Positions 13,601 through 24,674 of a stretch of 64,000 bases of DNA are shown here, in pieces. The position numbers and the translations under genes were made by a program. The notes beneath the pieces were generated by a model. The model saw only the letters and a program-made list of their open reading frames with translations, was not told the origin of the DNA and did no database searches. Location of the stretch: assembly GCA_038087875.1 (NCBI GenBank), contig CM075990.1:2172001-2236000 (forward strand), read 5' to 3'. Origin of the DNA: Malacoraja senta (lineage: Eukaryota). Positions within the stretch are counted from its first letter, which is position 1; the number at the start of each line of letters is the position of its first letter.

Positions 13601-16600
13601 TATCTAAAATAAAGTACAGGCAAACACAGGAGGGTGCTTTTGTGAGTGGATGCTGTGAGGTTTTGTGATGATCTATGAACCAGCTGTGCTCCATGCAGGA
13701 AGTGAAAGCCCTTTTGCCCTGCCTCTACTATCGACCCCTCCCTCCTCCCCCGGGCCAGCTCACAGTGTGGGGAGCACGTCCACACATAACCACTCAGGCA
13801 ACACGTCATCCCCTGGAGAGCTGGTGCTGGGCCTAAAGGCCGTGCTAAAGGCACCCTGTGATCTGGCGTGGTGGGACTGGGGGAGGGGGAGAACAAAGGG
13901 GGAGCTGGCGTGGATACTGTGCATACTTTGTAACATTGTCTGCGCCCTTTATGTGGCCACTCTTTGCATACCCTTGGTACGCAAGCAAGGAATTTCACCG
14001 TGACTTGTCACGTGTTACAATATTCGTTAGATGTGACACACACCCGTTGTTACACGGTGCATGCAATGAGCTGCCGGAGGAGGTAGTTGAGGCAGGTACT
14101 AACACACGGTGGCACGGTGGCACGGTGGCGCAGCGGTAGAGTTTCTGTCTCACAGCGACAGAGACCCGGGTTCGATCCTGACCACAGGTGCTGTCTGGAT
14201 GTAGTTTGTGCGTTCTCCCCATGTCCACGTGGCTTTTCTCCGGGTGCTCCGGTTTCCTCCCACACTCCAAACACGTGCAGGTTTGTAGGTTAATTGGCTT
14301 GATATAAATGTAAATGATACCTAGTGTGTGTCGGTTCATGTTAGTGTGCGAGGATCGCTCGTCGGCACGGACAAGGTGGGCCAAAGGATCTGTTTCTGTG
14401 CTGTATGTCTGAACTAAACAACATTTCAGAAACATTCGGACAGGTAATAATAATAATAATAATAGATTTTATTTATATAGCGCTTTTCAGGACTCAAAGT
14501 CGCTTAAACATGGAAGGACAGGTTTGGAGGGATGTGGGCCAAACGCTGGCAGGTGGGACCAGTGTAGATGGGGCATGTTGGTCGGTGTGGGCAAGTTGGG
14601 TCGAAGGGCCTGTTTCCACATCTATGATTATGAGATCAGTTAAGGTGGGCAGAAAAGGTCAGAGTCATAGAGTCTTACAGTGTTGAAACAGCCCCTTTAG
14701 CCCAACTTGCCCACACCAGCCAGCCTGTCCCACCTGCCTGTATAAACAGTCATCTCCCTCATTGGAGACCCTCAGACTACCTTTGATCGGATTTTATTGG
14801 ACTTTATCTTGCATTAAACGTTATTCCCTTTATCCTGTGTCCATACACTGTGGACGGCTCGATTGTAATTATGTATAGTCTTTCCGCTGTCTGCAAAGCA
14901 CGCAACAAAAACTGCTTTTCACTGCACCTCGGTTCAGGTGACAATAAACTAAACTAATCTAATCAATGCAGCGAAGGGTTAATTTGACGAGACTTATCAA
15001 TAGCACATGACCTCATCGTCCTGTGTGTGGGCAAGCAGAAGATTCATGCACTAAAGCCTTCAGCTTCTCCACACGGCAATTGCCAAAATTATCCACTAAA
15101 CATCCACAATCCTGCAAGGGCCGGCACGGTGGCACAGCGGTAGAGTTGCTGCCTCACAGCGCCAGAGACCAGCGTTCGTTCCTGACTACGGCGGCTCTCT
15201 GTTTGAGTTTGTACGTTCTCCCCGTGACCTGCGTGGGTTTTCTCCGGGTGCTCCGGTTTCCTCCCACACTCCAAAGACGTAAGGTTTTGTAGGTTAATTG
15301 GCTTCGGTAAAAATTGTAAATTGTCCCTGGGGTGCGTGGGATAGTGTCAATGTGTGGGGGGTGATCGCTGGTCGTCGTGGACCCGGTGGGCCCTAGGGCT
15401 TGCTTCTGCGCTCTCTCTAAACTGAACTTAACTAAAATAGAAACAGGCATGTAATGCTGAGGCACTTTAGAGTATTGTGAGCAGTTATGGGCCCCATATC
15501 TGAGGAAGGATGTGCTGGCGTTGGAGAATGATCCCAGGAATGAGTGGGTTAACATATGATGAGCGTTTTAAAGGCACTGGGTCTGTACTCGCTGGAGTTT
15601 AGAAGGATGAAGGACAACCTCATTGAAACGTACGGAATAGTGAAAGTTCTAGGTGGAGTGGATGTGGGGAGGATGTTTACACTGGTGGGAGAGTCCCGGA
15701 CCAGAGGCCATAGTCTCAGAATAAAAGGATGTACCTTTAGAAAGGAGATGAGGAGGAATTTCTTCAGCCAGAGGGTGGTGAATCTGTGGAATTCATTGCC
15801 ACAGACGGCCGTGGAGGCAACGCTTTTGTGTATTTTTAAGGTGGAACTTGTTTTTCTAATTTATTATATTGTTCACAGTTGCTAAGTTTACATATTATGT
15901 TGTGCTGCTGCAAGTCAGAATTTCGTTGTTCTGTCTGGAACATGTGACAATAAAACACTCTTGACCCTAGAGATACTTGATTAGTACGGGTGTCAGGGGT
16001 TATGGGGAGAAGGCAGGAGAATGGGGTTGAGAGGGAAAGATAGATCAGCCATGATTGAATGGCGGAGTGGACTCAATGGGCCGAATGCCCTAATACTGCT
16101 CCGTTTACTTATGAATGCTCATCGGACTGCAGGACCTCTCTCTGAGCTTGGCCAGCTGCCTTCATGATTCCTCCTTTTTGCCCAGCGTCAATTAGTCTGA
16201 TCGTCTCAGCGCTATTTTAGAACGGTGAAGGCAAATGCAAGTTGTTTCAGTTTAGACACAAAATGCTGGTGTAACTCAGCGGGACAGGCAGCATCTCTGG
16301 AAGAATAGGTCTGTAGAAGGGTCTCGACCTGAAACGTCACCCATTCCTTCTCTCCAGAGATGCTGCCTGTCCCGCTGAGTTACTCCAGCATTTTGTGTCT
16401 ATCTTCGTTGTAAACCAGCATCTGCAGTTCCTTCCTACAACATTGTTTAAGTTTAGTTTATGTTTCAGTTTTAGTTCAGTTCATTGTCACGTGCACCGAG
16501 GTACAGTGAAAAGCTTTTAGTTGCGTGCTAACCAGTCAGCAGAAAAACAATATATGATTACAATCGATCCATTTACAGTGTATCGATACATGATAATAGA

Positions 16601-16843
16601 ATAACGTTTAGTGCAAGGTAAAGCCAGCAGGTCCGATCAAGGATAGTTTGAGGGTCACCAGTGAGGTAGATAGTGGTTCAGCACTGCTCTCTGGTTGTGG
16701 TAGGATGGTTCAGTTGCTTGGTGAAGGGAGTGTAGATTTAACATCTCCCCGCTCACTGCACGAGGAACAAGTGCGACACGGTGGCGCAGCGGTAGAGTTG
16801 CTGCCGTACAGCGCATGCTGCGCCGGAGACCCGGGTTCGATCC
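9272..16843 (+). repeat. Copy 2 of the ~7.6 kb direct duplication
   Basis: Near-identical to 1-7569 with scattered SNPs and small indels. It continues through the SINE that the gap cuts in copy 1. Confidence 0.97.
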
Positions 16844-17090
16844 CGACTACGGGTGCTGTCTGTACGGAGTTTGCACGTTCTCCCTGTGACCTGCGTGGGT
16901 TTTCTCCGAGATCTTCAGTTTCCTCCCACACTCCAAAGACGTGCAGGTTTGTAGGTTAATTGGGTTGGTAAATGTAAAAAAAATTGTCCCTAGTGGGTGT
17001 CGGATATTGTTAATGTGTGGGGATCGCTGGTTGGCGCGGACCCGGTGGGCCGAAAGGGCCTGTATCTCTAAACTAAATTAAAAACTAAAC
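16776..17090 (+). mobile_element. V-SINE (HE1-like), full length
   Basis: A/B boxes, V-domain, gggccgaaagggcctg tail and (ctaaa)n. Confidence 0.88.
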
Positions 17091-17161
17091 TGGTGAAACA
17101 TGAAAGGTGGAGACACAAAGGCATCTACTGAGAAAGTAAAGCCAAGGTAACTACAAACTAG

Positions 17162-17297
17162 GAGTCTGAAGAAGGGTCCCGACCCGAAATGTCACCTTTC
17201 CTATTTTTCCAGCATTGCTGCCTGACCCGCTGAGTTACTCCAGCACTTTGTGTCCATCTTCGACATAAAACAGCACCTGCAGTTCCTTCCTACACAC
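17162..17297 (+). mobile_element. Penelope-derived single-arm element with 15-bp TSD
   Basis: Starts gagtctgaagaagggtcccgacccgaaatgtc and ends gcagttccttcctacacac. TSD gta(a/g)ctacaaactag at 17147-17161 and 17298-17312. Confidence 0.75.
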
Positions 17298-17327
17298 GTA
17301 GCTACAAACTAGTTGCACCTTGTATAA

Positions 17328-17812
17328 AAGGAAGTTCGGCATGTTCCCACAAACCCTCGCCAGCTTCGACAGATGCGCCGTAGAAAGCATTTTATCAGGA
17401 TGCATCACAGCATGGTTTGGGAACTACTCCATCTAAGACCACAAATAAATTGCAGAGAATTGTGGACGCAGCCCAGACCATAACACAACCCAACCTCCCT
17501 TCCATTGACTCCATCTACACCTCACGCTGCCACGGCAAGGCCAGCAGCATAATCGAGGACCAGTCTCACCCCGGTCTCTCCCTCTTCTCCCCTCTCCCAT
17601 CAGGAACGAGGGACAGGGGCGTGAAAACGCACCCCTCCAGATTCAGGGACAGTTTCTTTCAGCTGTTATCAGGCAACTGAACCGTTCACTCACCAGCTAC
17701 AGAGTGGTCCTGACCTCTCATCCACCCCATTGGAGACGCTCAAACTATTTTTAATCGCACTTTACCAGGCTTTATCTTACAGGATACGCTTTTTCCTGTA
17801 TCAGTACACTGT
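17328..17812 (+). mobile_element. Rex1/Babar-type LINE 3' fragment
   Basis: KLQRIVDAAQTITQPNLPSIDSIYTSRCHGKASSIIEDQSHPGLSLFSPLPSG...RFRDSFF followed by a 3'UTR. Confidence 0.78.
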
Positions 17813-17815
17813 GAA

Positions 17816-18330
17816 TATAGACACAAACTGCTGGAGTAACTCAGCGGGTCAGGCAGCAACTATGGAGAAAAGGAATAGATTACGTTTCGGGTCGAGACCC
17901 TTCTTCTGACAGAGTCAGGGGAGAGGGAAACTAGGGATAAGAAAAGGTACAAAGAACATATGAATGAAAGGTATGAAAAGAACAAATCAGAGACAGCAAT
18001 GATGATCAAGGAAAGGTGGAGCCCACAATGGTCCATTGTTCTGTGGGTAGGTGATAATGAGTGGATACAAAGAGTGAAACTAAGCAGGACGACAGTGAAA
18101 CTAGTACGATGACTAGGGTGGGGACGGGGGACGGAGAGAGAGGGGATGCGAGGGTTACTTAAAGTTAGAGAAATCAATATTCATACTGCTCCCCAAACGA
18201 GATATGAGGTGGTGTTCCTCCGGTTTGCGTTGGGCCGCACTCTGACAGTGGAGGAGGCCCAGGACAGAGAGGTCAGTGTGGGAATGGGACGGGGAGTTAA
18301 AGTGTTTGGCAACCGGGAGATCAGGTAGGC
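17816..18330 (-). mobile_element. Penelope-like element 3' fragment: GIY-YIG endonuclease C-terminus, 3'UTR and terminal repeat
   Basis: PDLPVAKHFNSPSHSHTDLSVLGLLHCQS...RK.EEHHLISRLGS..MNIDFSNFK* is a typical PLE endonuclease end. It runs directly into the short hairpin-element sequence at 17816-17915. Confidence 0.8.
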
Positions 18331-18460
18331 CCACTATGGGCGGTTTGATAGTAATGATGATTGGTCTTTCAGCTGACTGGATAGCACACAACAAAAAAAC
18401 TTTTCACTGTACCTCGATGCACATGATGATAATAAACTAAACTAGATCTAAATAGCTGGT

Positions 18461-18828
18461 GAGCTGACCAGTCTGTGGGGCCCTGCTTCAGTGATGGAGT
18501 GGGTTGACCAGTCTGTGGGGCCCTGCTTCAATGATGGAGTGGGTTGACCAGTCTGTGGGGCCCTACTTCAATGATGGAGTGGGTTGACCAGTCTGTGGGG
18601 CCCTGCTTCAGTGACGGAGTGGGCTGACCAGTCTGTGGGGCCCTGCTTCAATGATGGAGTGGGTTGACCAGTCGGTAGGGCCCTACTTCAATAATGGAGT
18701 GGGTTGACCAGTCTGTAGTGGCCCTGCTTCAATGATGGCGTGGGCTGACCAGTCTGTGGGGCCCTGCTTCAATGATGGAGTGGGCTGACCAGTCTGTAGT
18801 GCCCTGCTTCAATGATGGAGTGGGCTGA
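18461..18828. repeat. 40-bp minisatellite, ~9 copies
   Basis: Unit gggttgaccagtctgtggggccctgcttcaatgatggagt, head-to-tail with no spacers. Confidence 0.97.
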
Positions 18829-19599
18829 TTGTCTCGAGTGCAGCTAAAAGGATCTATTGAAGGAAATAGCTTGGTGATAAATTAAGAGTGTTTCAAGAGT
18901 GATGTAAATATATCTTCCAGCTCTCCTCCGCTTGACAAAAAAGACAAGGAACAAATCCTTTCCTTCCAGTTCCCGCATGTGTTTCAAGCATTAGACTTGC
19001 TGGCCTGCTTGTGGGCTAAATGAACAGAGAGAGCTAGTTTGGATCAGTTGCCAGCTCTCTCTGTCTCTCTCTCTCGGTCCGGGACATGATGTAATGTCCT
19101 GTTCCCCGCACTCCCGACACTCCCATAAATCTAGCTGTCACAACGATCCATTGACGTGTGGAGAATGTGCGGAGCTGGGATATGAAACTCCCGGATAGAT
19201 TCCTGGTTTGTGCAAAAAGTTAGTAGCTATAAGGGCCGGACATTTATGATGTGGAATCCACATTACACTGTGGACGGCCCGATTGTAATCATATGAACCA
19301 TTCTATTACCAACTAGAAAGCTGTCCTGAGCTACCATCCACCTCACTGGAGACTCTCGGACTATCTGTAATAAGACTTTACTGGACTGTGTCTTGGACTG
19401 AACGGTATTCCCTTTATCACGTGTCTGTGGACGGCTCGATTATAATCATGTATAGTCTTCCCGCTGTGAAAGTGGGATAACAGAACTAGTGTGGACGGGT
19501 GATCGATGGTCGGCATGGACTTGGTGGGCCAAAGGGCCTGTTTCCATGCTATATCACTAAACTAAACATGTAAATATAGAATTATAGAGCTGTAAAAAT

Positions 19600-19915
19600 A
19601 GTCATAGTTATACAGTGTGGAAACAGGCCCTTCGGCCCGACGCCCACGCCGACCAACATGTCCCATCTACACTAGTCTCACCTGCCCGTGTTTGGCCCAT
19701 ATCCCTCTAAACCTGTCCTGTCTAACTGTTTCTTAAACGTTGCAATAGTCCCTGCCTCAACTACCTCCTCCGGCAACTCGTTCCATACACCCACCACCTT
19801 TTGTGTTAAAAAAAAAGTTGGCCCTGAGATTCCTATTAAAGCTTTCCCCCCGATCACCTTAACCCTATGTCCTCTAGTTCTCAATTCCCCTCCTCTGAGT
19901 ACATTTACCCGATCT
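19600..19915 (-). mobile_element. CR1 LINE 3' fragment
   Basis: RTRGHRVKV...QKVVGVWNELPEEVVEAGTIATFKKQLDR followed by a tail. Confidence 0.82.
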
Positions 19916-20315
19916 ACTGCAGTTAGAGGTACAGACAGAGGTAGAGAGGTGTTTCGGCCTATTGGATTTGTGCAGGTTCTTTAGTGGAACCAGATAACTG
20001 TCTCTCTTTCTCCTTGTAGCCTGATGCCTTCAGGCATTTATTGTCTCTCGTGGTGTGTTTGACATATGCAGGGCATCCCCAGTGAGAGAGGGGAGAGAGA
20101 TCACACAGCGTTTCTGCTCCAACTAGTCTGGAGAAAAGCTTCAGTGAGAACAACACTTGAGGATAGAAGGTAGACAAAAATGCTGGAGAAACTCAGCGGG
20201 TGAGGCAGCATATGTGTGGTCTAGTTATGGACTCGTGGAGGTGTGGATCCACTGGCAGCAGCTTAGCCAGTGTTGTGTGGGAAGAGGCATTAGTTTGACG
20301 TCCGGATGGATCGGG

Positions 20316-20605
20316 AACGGTGGCGCAGCGGTAGAGTTGCTGCCTTACAATGCCAGAGACCTGGGTTCGATCCTGACTACGGGTGCTGTCTGTACGGAGT
20401 TTGCACGTTCTCCCCGTGACCGGCGTGGGTTTTCTCCAGTTTCCTCCCACACTCCATAGACCTGTAGGATTGTGGGTTAATCGGCTTGTTGAACTTGTAA
20501 ATTGTCCCTAGTGTGTGTAAGATGTGTTAGTGTGCAGGCATCGCTGGTTGCTGTGGACTCGGTGGGCCTAAGTGCCTGTTTCTGCGCTGCATTTCTAAAA
20601 TAAAA
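20316..20605 (+). mobile_element. V-SINE (HE1-like)
   Basis: A/B boxes, V-domain and tail. Confidence 0.85.
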
Positions 20606-20704
20606 TGAAACTTGGCTCCGTAACCTTGATCAATCCTTTGGGTACCTTCTCCTGTTGATCGGGGGGGGGGGGGGGGGGGGTCATTCTTCATGTATAAAGA
20701 CATT

Positions 20705-20975
20705 AATACGGCCCCTTTCTTGATCCTTGGACATTCCCAAATACTGAATAGACAATGAAATATTAACTATTAAGTAATAATGTATGGAACTTGGCAGCCA
20801 GTTTACACAAGCTCCCAAAAATAGCAGTGAGAAGCCAGGACATCTGTTACTGTGATTGAGTAAATAGCCAAGACATCCGGGCAAATCGTCCCCGCTCCTC
20901 AGACTAGTTTTACTGCATCTTGTTTTGGGTGGACAGAGCCAGTTAGCAGATGGCACCTCCACTGAAGTCCCTCAA
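20705..20975 (-). mobile_element. Highly diverged Deu-domain SINE relic (SacSINE1/AmnSINE1-like)
   Basis: The blocks taatgtatggaacttggcagccagtttacacaagctccca, gtgattgag, gccaagacatccggg and agatggcacctcc occur in the order I recall for the reverse strand of Deu-SINEs. Recognised from memory, not aligned. Confidence 0.5.
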
Positions 20976-20987
20976 CGCTGGTTTAGT

Positions 20988-21124
20988 CTGAAGAAGCGCC
21001 TCGACCTGAAACGTCGCCCATTCCTTCTCTCCAGAGATGCTGCCTGCCCTGCTGAGTTACTCCACCATTTTGTGCCTATCTTCGGCGTAAACCAGCATCT
21101 GCAGTTCCTTCCTACACATTTCAT
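20988..21124 (+). mobile_element. Penelope-derived single-arm element with 10-bp TSD
   Basis: Begins exactly at ctgaaga. TSD ctggtttagt at 20978-20987 and 21125-21134. Confidence 0.75.
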
Positions 21125-21135
21125 CTGGTTTAGTT

Positions 21136-21437
21136 TATAGAGATAGTTTCCAGCGTGGAAACAGGCCCTTCGGCACACGGTCTGTGCCGACCTGCGATCC
21201 CCGCACCCCAACACTCTCCCACGCACACTAGGGACAATTTACAATTTTACCGAGGCCAATTAACCTACAAACCTGTACGTCTTTGGAGTGTGGGCAGAAA
21301 CTGGAACATCCGGGGCAAACACACGCAGGTCACAGGGGGAACGTGCAAACTCCGTACAGACAGCACCCGTAGTCGGGATGGAACCCTGGTCTCTGGCGCT
21401 GTGAGGTAGCAACTCTACCGCTGCGCCACCGTGCCGC
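21136..21437 (-). mobile_element. V-SINE (HE1-like)
   Basis: Reverse complement of the head, V-domain and tail. Confidence 0.85.
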
Positions 21438-21721
21438 CCTTTTCTTGTAATTCAATACAAGTTTCAAATCTTCTGCTCATGAGTGGGAACAATCCTATCC
21501 AAAGAACCGTAGCTGCCTTTTGTTCAGTGAGCAGCAAGGTGCAGCTCCAGAGACCCAGGTTCGATCCTGACTACGGGTGCTGTCAGATAGAAGACAGCAT
21601 GTTCCAATGCTTAATGATACACTAGACTCATGATCCCAGCTTAATCTCAACTACACAAATGCCTCCATAGACCAGCATGGTAACTCATGGTCAATCTACC
21701 AAGGATTGACCAGGACAAGGC

Positions 21722-21992
21722 ACTGCGGTAGAGTTGCTGTCGTACAGCGCCAGAGACCCCGGTTCGATCCTGACTACCAGTGCTGTCTGAACGGAGTTTG
21801 TACGTTCTCCCTGTGACTGTGTGGGTTTTCTCCGGGTGCTCCGGTTTCTTCCCACACTCTAAAGATGTGCGGATGTGCAGGTCAATTGGCTTCTGTAAAT
21901 TGTAAATTGTCCCTAGTGTGTGTGGGATAGTGCTAGTGTGCGGGATCACTGGTCGGCGCGGACTCTGTGGGCCTGTTTCCACGCTGTATCTC
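21722..21992 (+). mobile_element. V-SINE (HE1-like), mirrored by 24110-24374 (-)
   Basis: SINE motifs. It shares its upstream flank, in inverted orientation, with the copy at 24110-24374. Confidence 0.85.
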
Positions 21993-22375
21993 TCAATTCT
22001 AAAGAGCGTTGCTTTGGTAGTTTGGGCTGTCTTGACTAACTGAAAGCTGTCTGCTTCGAGAGCTCCCAGTGAGATCACTTTATAGAAACCTCAGATCTTT
22101 TTGTTTCAAGTCCAAGACTGAGATTGAGAATGATTTCTCCCACAACTTTCCAAGTCAGTGTCGAATTGGGCACAGCAGGTCTGGATGAACAAGAAAGAAA
22201 AGAATAAAAAGTTATTGTGTAATTAATTCCTGCTTTTGATTAAAATGTGAGGGAAAGACTGTAGATTTTCATTGCCAGGGGGGCTGTATGTAACATGCAT
22301 CACAAAAAGTCCTTTGACTGACGGAGATTAGACTGGCTGAAGAGGTGAATTTAGTTCATATCAACTTCACACCAA

Positions 22376-23212
22376 GAGTCGATTCAAGATTCAAGAGAGT
22401 TTATTGTCATGTGTCCCAGATAGGACAATGAAATTCTTGCTTTGCTTCAGCACAACAGAATATAGTAGGCATAAATAAATACTGAACACATCAGTGTGAC
22501 CATATACTATCGAATATATATATATATATATATACACATAAATAAGCAGATAAAGTGCAATGGGCTATTAATGTTCAGAGTTTTGTTTGAGTTGAGTTTA
22601 ATAGCCTGATGGCTGTGGGGAAGCAGCTATTCCTGAACCTGGATGTTGCAGATTTCAGGCTCCTGTACCTTCTACCTGAAGGCAGCGGGGAGATGAGTGT
22701 GTGGCCAGGATGGTGTGGGTCCTTGATGATGCTGCCAGCCTTTTTGAGGCAGCGACTGCGATAGATCCCCTCGATGGAAGGGAGGTCAGAGCCGATGATG
22801 GACTGGGCAGTGGTCACAACTTTTTGCAGTCAAGAGGGTTTCATTGTCAGATGTACTCACAAAGGCAGCAAACATCATCAGAGATCCACACCATCCTGGC
22901 CATACTCTCATCTCACCACTGCCATCGGGAAGAAGGTACAGGAGCCTGAAAACTGTAACGTCCAGGTTCAGGAATAGCTGCTTCCCCACAGCCATCAGGC
23001 TATTAAACACAACAACGAATAAGCTCTGAGCTCTGAACTGCAAAAGACTATATTATTGCACTATATTTGTTATTTATTGAACTTTTTCTTTTTTTTCTCT
23101 TCCCCCGTTATGTACCATGTTTACATATTCACATATTCTGTTGTGCTGCAGCAGGTAAGAATTTCATTGTCCCATCCGGGACATATGACAATAAAACACT
23201 CTTGAGTCTTGA
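22376..23212. mobile_element. Head-to-head pair of Rex1/Babar-type LINE 3' ends (22376-22828 minus; 22861-23212 plus)
   Basis: Both translate to II.DPHHPGHTLISPLPSGRRYRSLK..TSRFRNSCFPTAIRLLN, with tcttga-type tails at the outer ends. Confidence 0.82.
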
Positions 23213-23221
23213 CGTGAGCCC

Positions 23222-23700
23222 CTAGGTAGAGTGGATGTGGAGAGGATGTTTCCACTATTGGGAGAGTCTAGGACCAGAGGACACAGCCTCAGAATAAAAG
23301 CACGTTCCTTTAGGAAGGAGATGAGGAATTTCTTGAGTCAGAGGGAAGTGAATCTGTGGAATTCATTGCCACATAAGGCTGTGGAGGCCGTTAATGGATT
23401 TTTTTTTTAAAGCAGAGATAGATTCTTGATTAGTACAGGTCAAAATGGATGACATTGTCACTGTCTGAAGAAAGGCCTCGACCCGAAACGTCACCTGTTC
23501 CTTCTCTCCAGAGATGCTGCCTGACCCGCTGAGTTACTCCAGCTTTTTGTGTCAATCTTCAGTATAAAGTGTCAGGGGTTACGGGGAGAAGGCAGGAGAA
23601 TGGGGTTAGGAGGGGGAGATAGATCAGCCATGGTTGAATGGCGGAGTAGATGGGTCGAATGGCCTATTTCTGCTCCTATCATTTATGAATTTATGAACAT
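23222..23700 (+). mobile_element. CR1 3' fragment interrupted by a Penelope-derived arm (~23461-23560)
   Basis: tagagtggatgtggagaggatgtttccacta...gtgaatctgtggaattc...3'UTR. Confidence 0.8.
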
Positions 23701-23880
23701 GACAGACCTTTAGGAAGGAGACGAGGATTCCTCTCGGAGGCCGTGACCTCTGTTGGTCCGGCAAAATGGATAAACCAGAAAGGCTCTGACTGGAACTAAG
23801 GGTGCCAGAATATCGGTGGTGGACCTGTAATCAAGTTCCAAGCCCCATGTGCTCTGGTGGGGATTAAATCTGATGTCTTG

Positions 23881-24056
23881 TGTTAAAGAAGGAACTGCAG
23901 ATGCTGGAAAATCGAAGGTACACAAAAATGCTGGAGAAACTCAGCGGGTGCAGCAGCATCTATGGAGCGAAGGAAATAGGCAACGTTTCGGGCCGAAACC
24001 TGAAGGGTTTCGGCCCGAAACGTTGCCTATTTCCTTCGCTCCATAGATGCTGCTGC
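23881..24056. mobile_element. Penelope-derived hairpin element (subfamily A) with perfect 52-bp arms and 15-bp TSD
   Basis: 23949-24000 is the exact reverse complement of 24006-24057. TSD aaatctgatgtcttg at 23866-23880 and 24057-24071. Confidence 0.85.
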
Positions 24057-24674
24057 AAATCTGATGTCTTGCTGTCTAGTTGCTTGTCCTTTACTTTAAA
24101 CTTTAGCCTTTAGAGATACAGCATTGAAACAAGCCCGTGCCGACCTGTAATCACCCTGTACACTAGCTCTATCCTACACACTATGGATAATTCACACTTT
24201 ACAGACGGCAATTGATCTACAAACCTGCACGTCTTTGGAGTGTGGGAGGAAACCGGAGCACCCGGAGAAAACCCACGCTGTCACAGGGGGAACGTACAAA
24301 CTCCGTCCAGACGGCACCCGTAGTCAGGATCGAACCGGGGTCTCTGCCGCTGTACGGCAGCAACTCTACCACTGTGCCTTGTCCAGGTCAATCTTGTGTA
24401 GACTGACCGTGAGCTACCATGCTGGTCTATGGAGCTGGCGCATGTGAGGCATTGGTGTAGTTGAGATTAAGCTGGGATCATGAGTCTAATGTATCATTAA
24501 GCATTGGAACATGCTGTCTTCTATCTGTCTCTGTGCCTGCGCGTCGGAATGGTGATCTGTTTGGATGAGGCTTGCCGGTGTTAACATTACTGTCTGGAAC
24601 ATTCAGTTGGCTTCAAGGATCTAGAAACGCAACATATAAATAATTGTTGTTTGGCCTTGTAACAGATTTCGGTT

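Noticed and set aside
16776..16850. tRNA genes
   Set aside because: The A/B boxes are SINE heads that continue into the V-domain, with no complete cloverleaf or terminator.
18461..18828. CRISPR-like array
   Set aside because: The units are contiguous with no unique spacers, there are no cas genes, and the context is eukaryotic.
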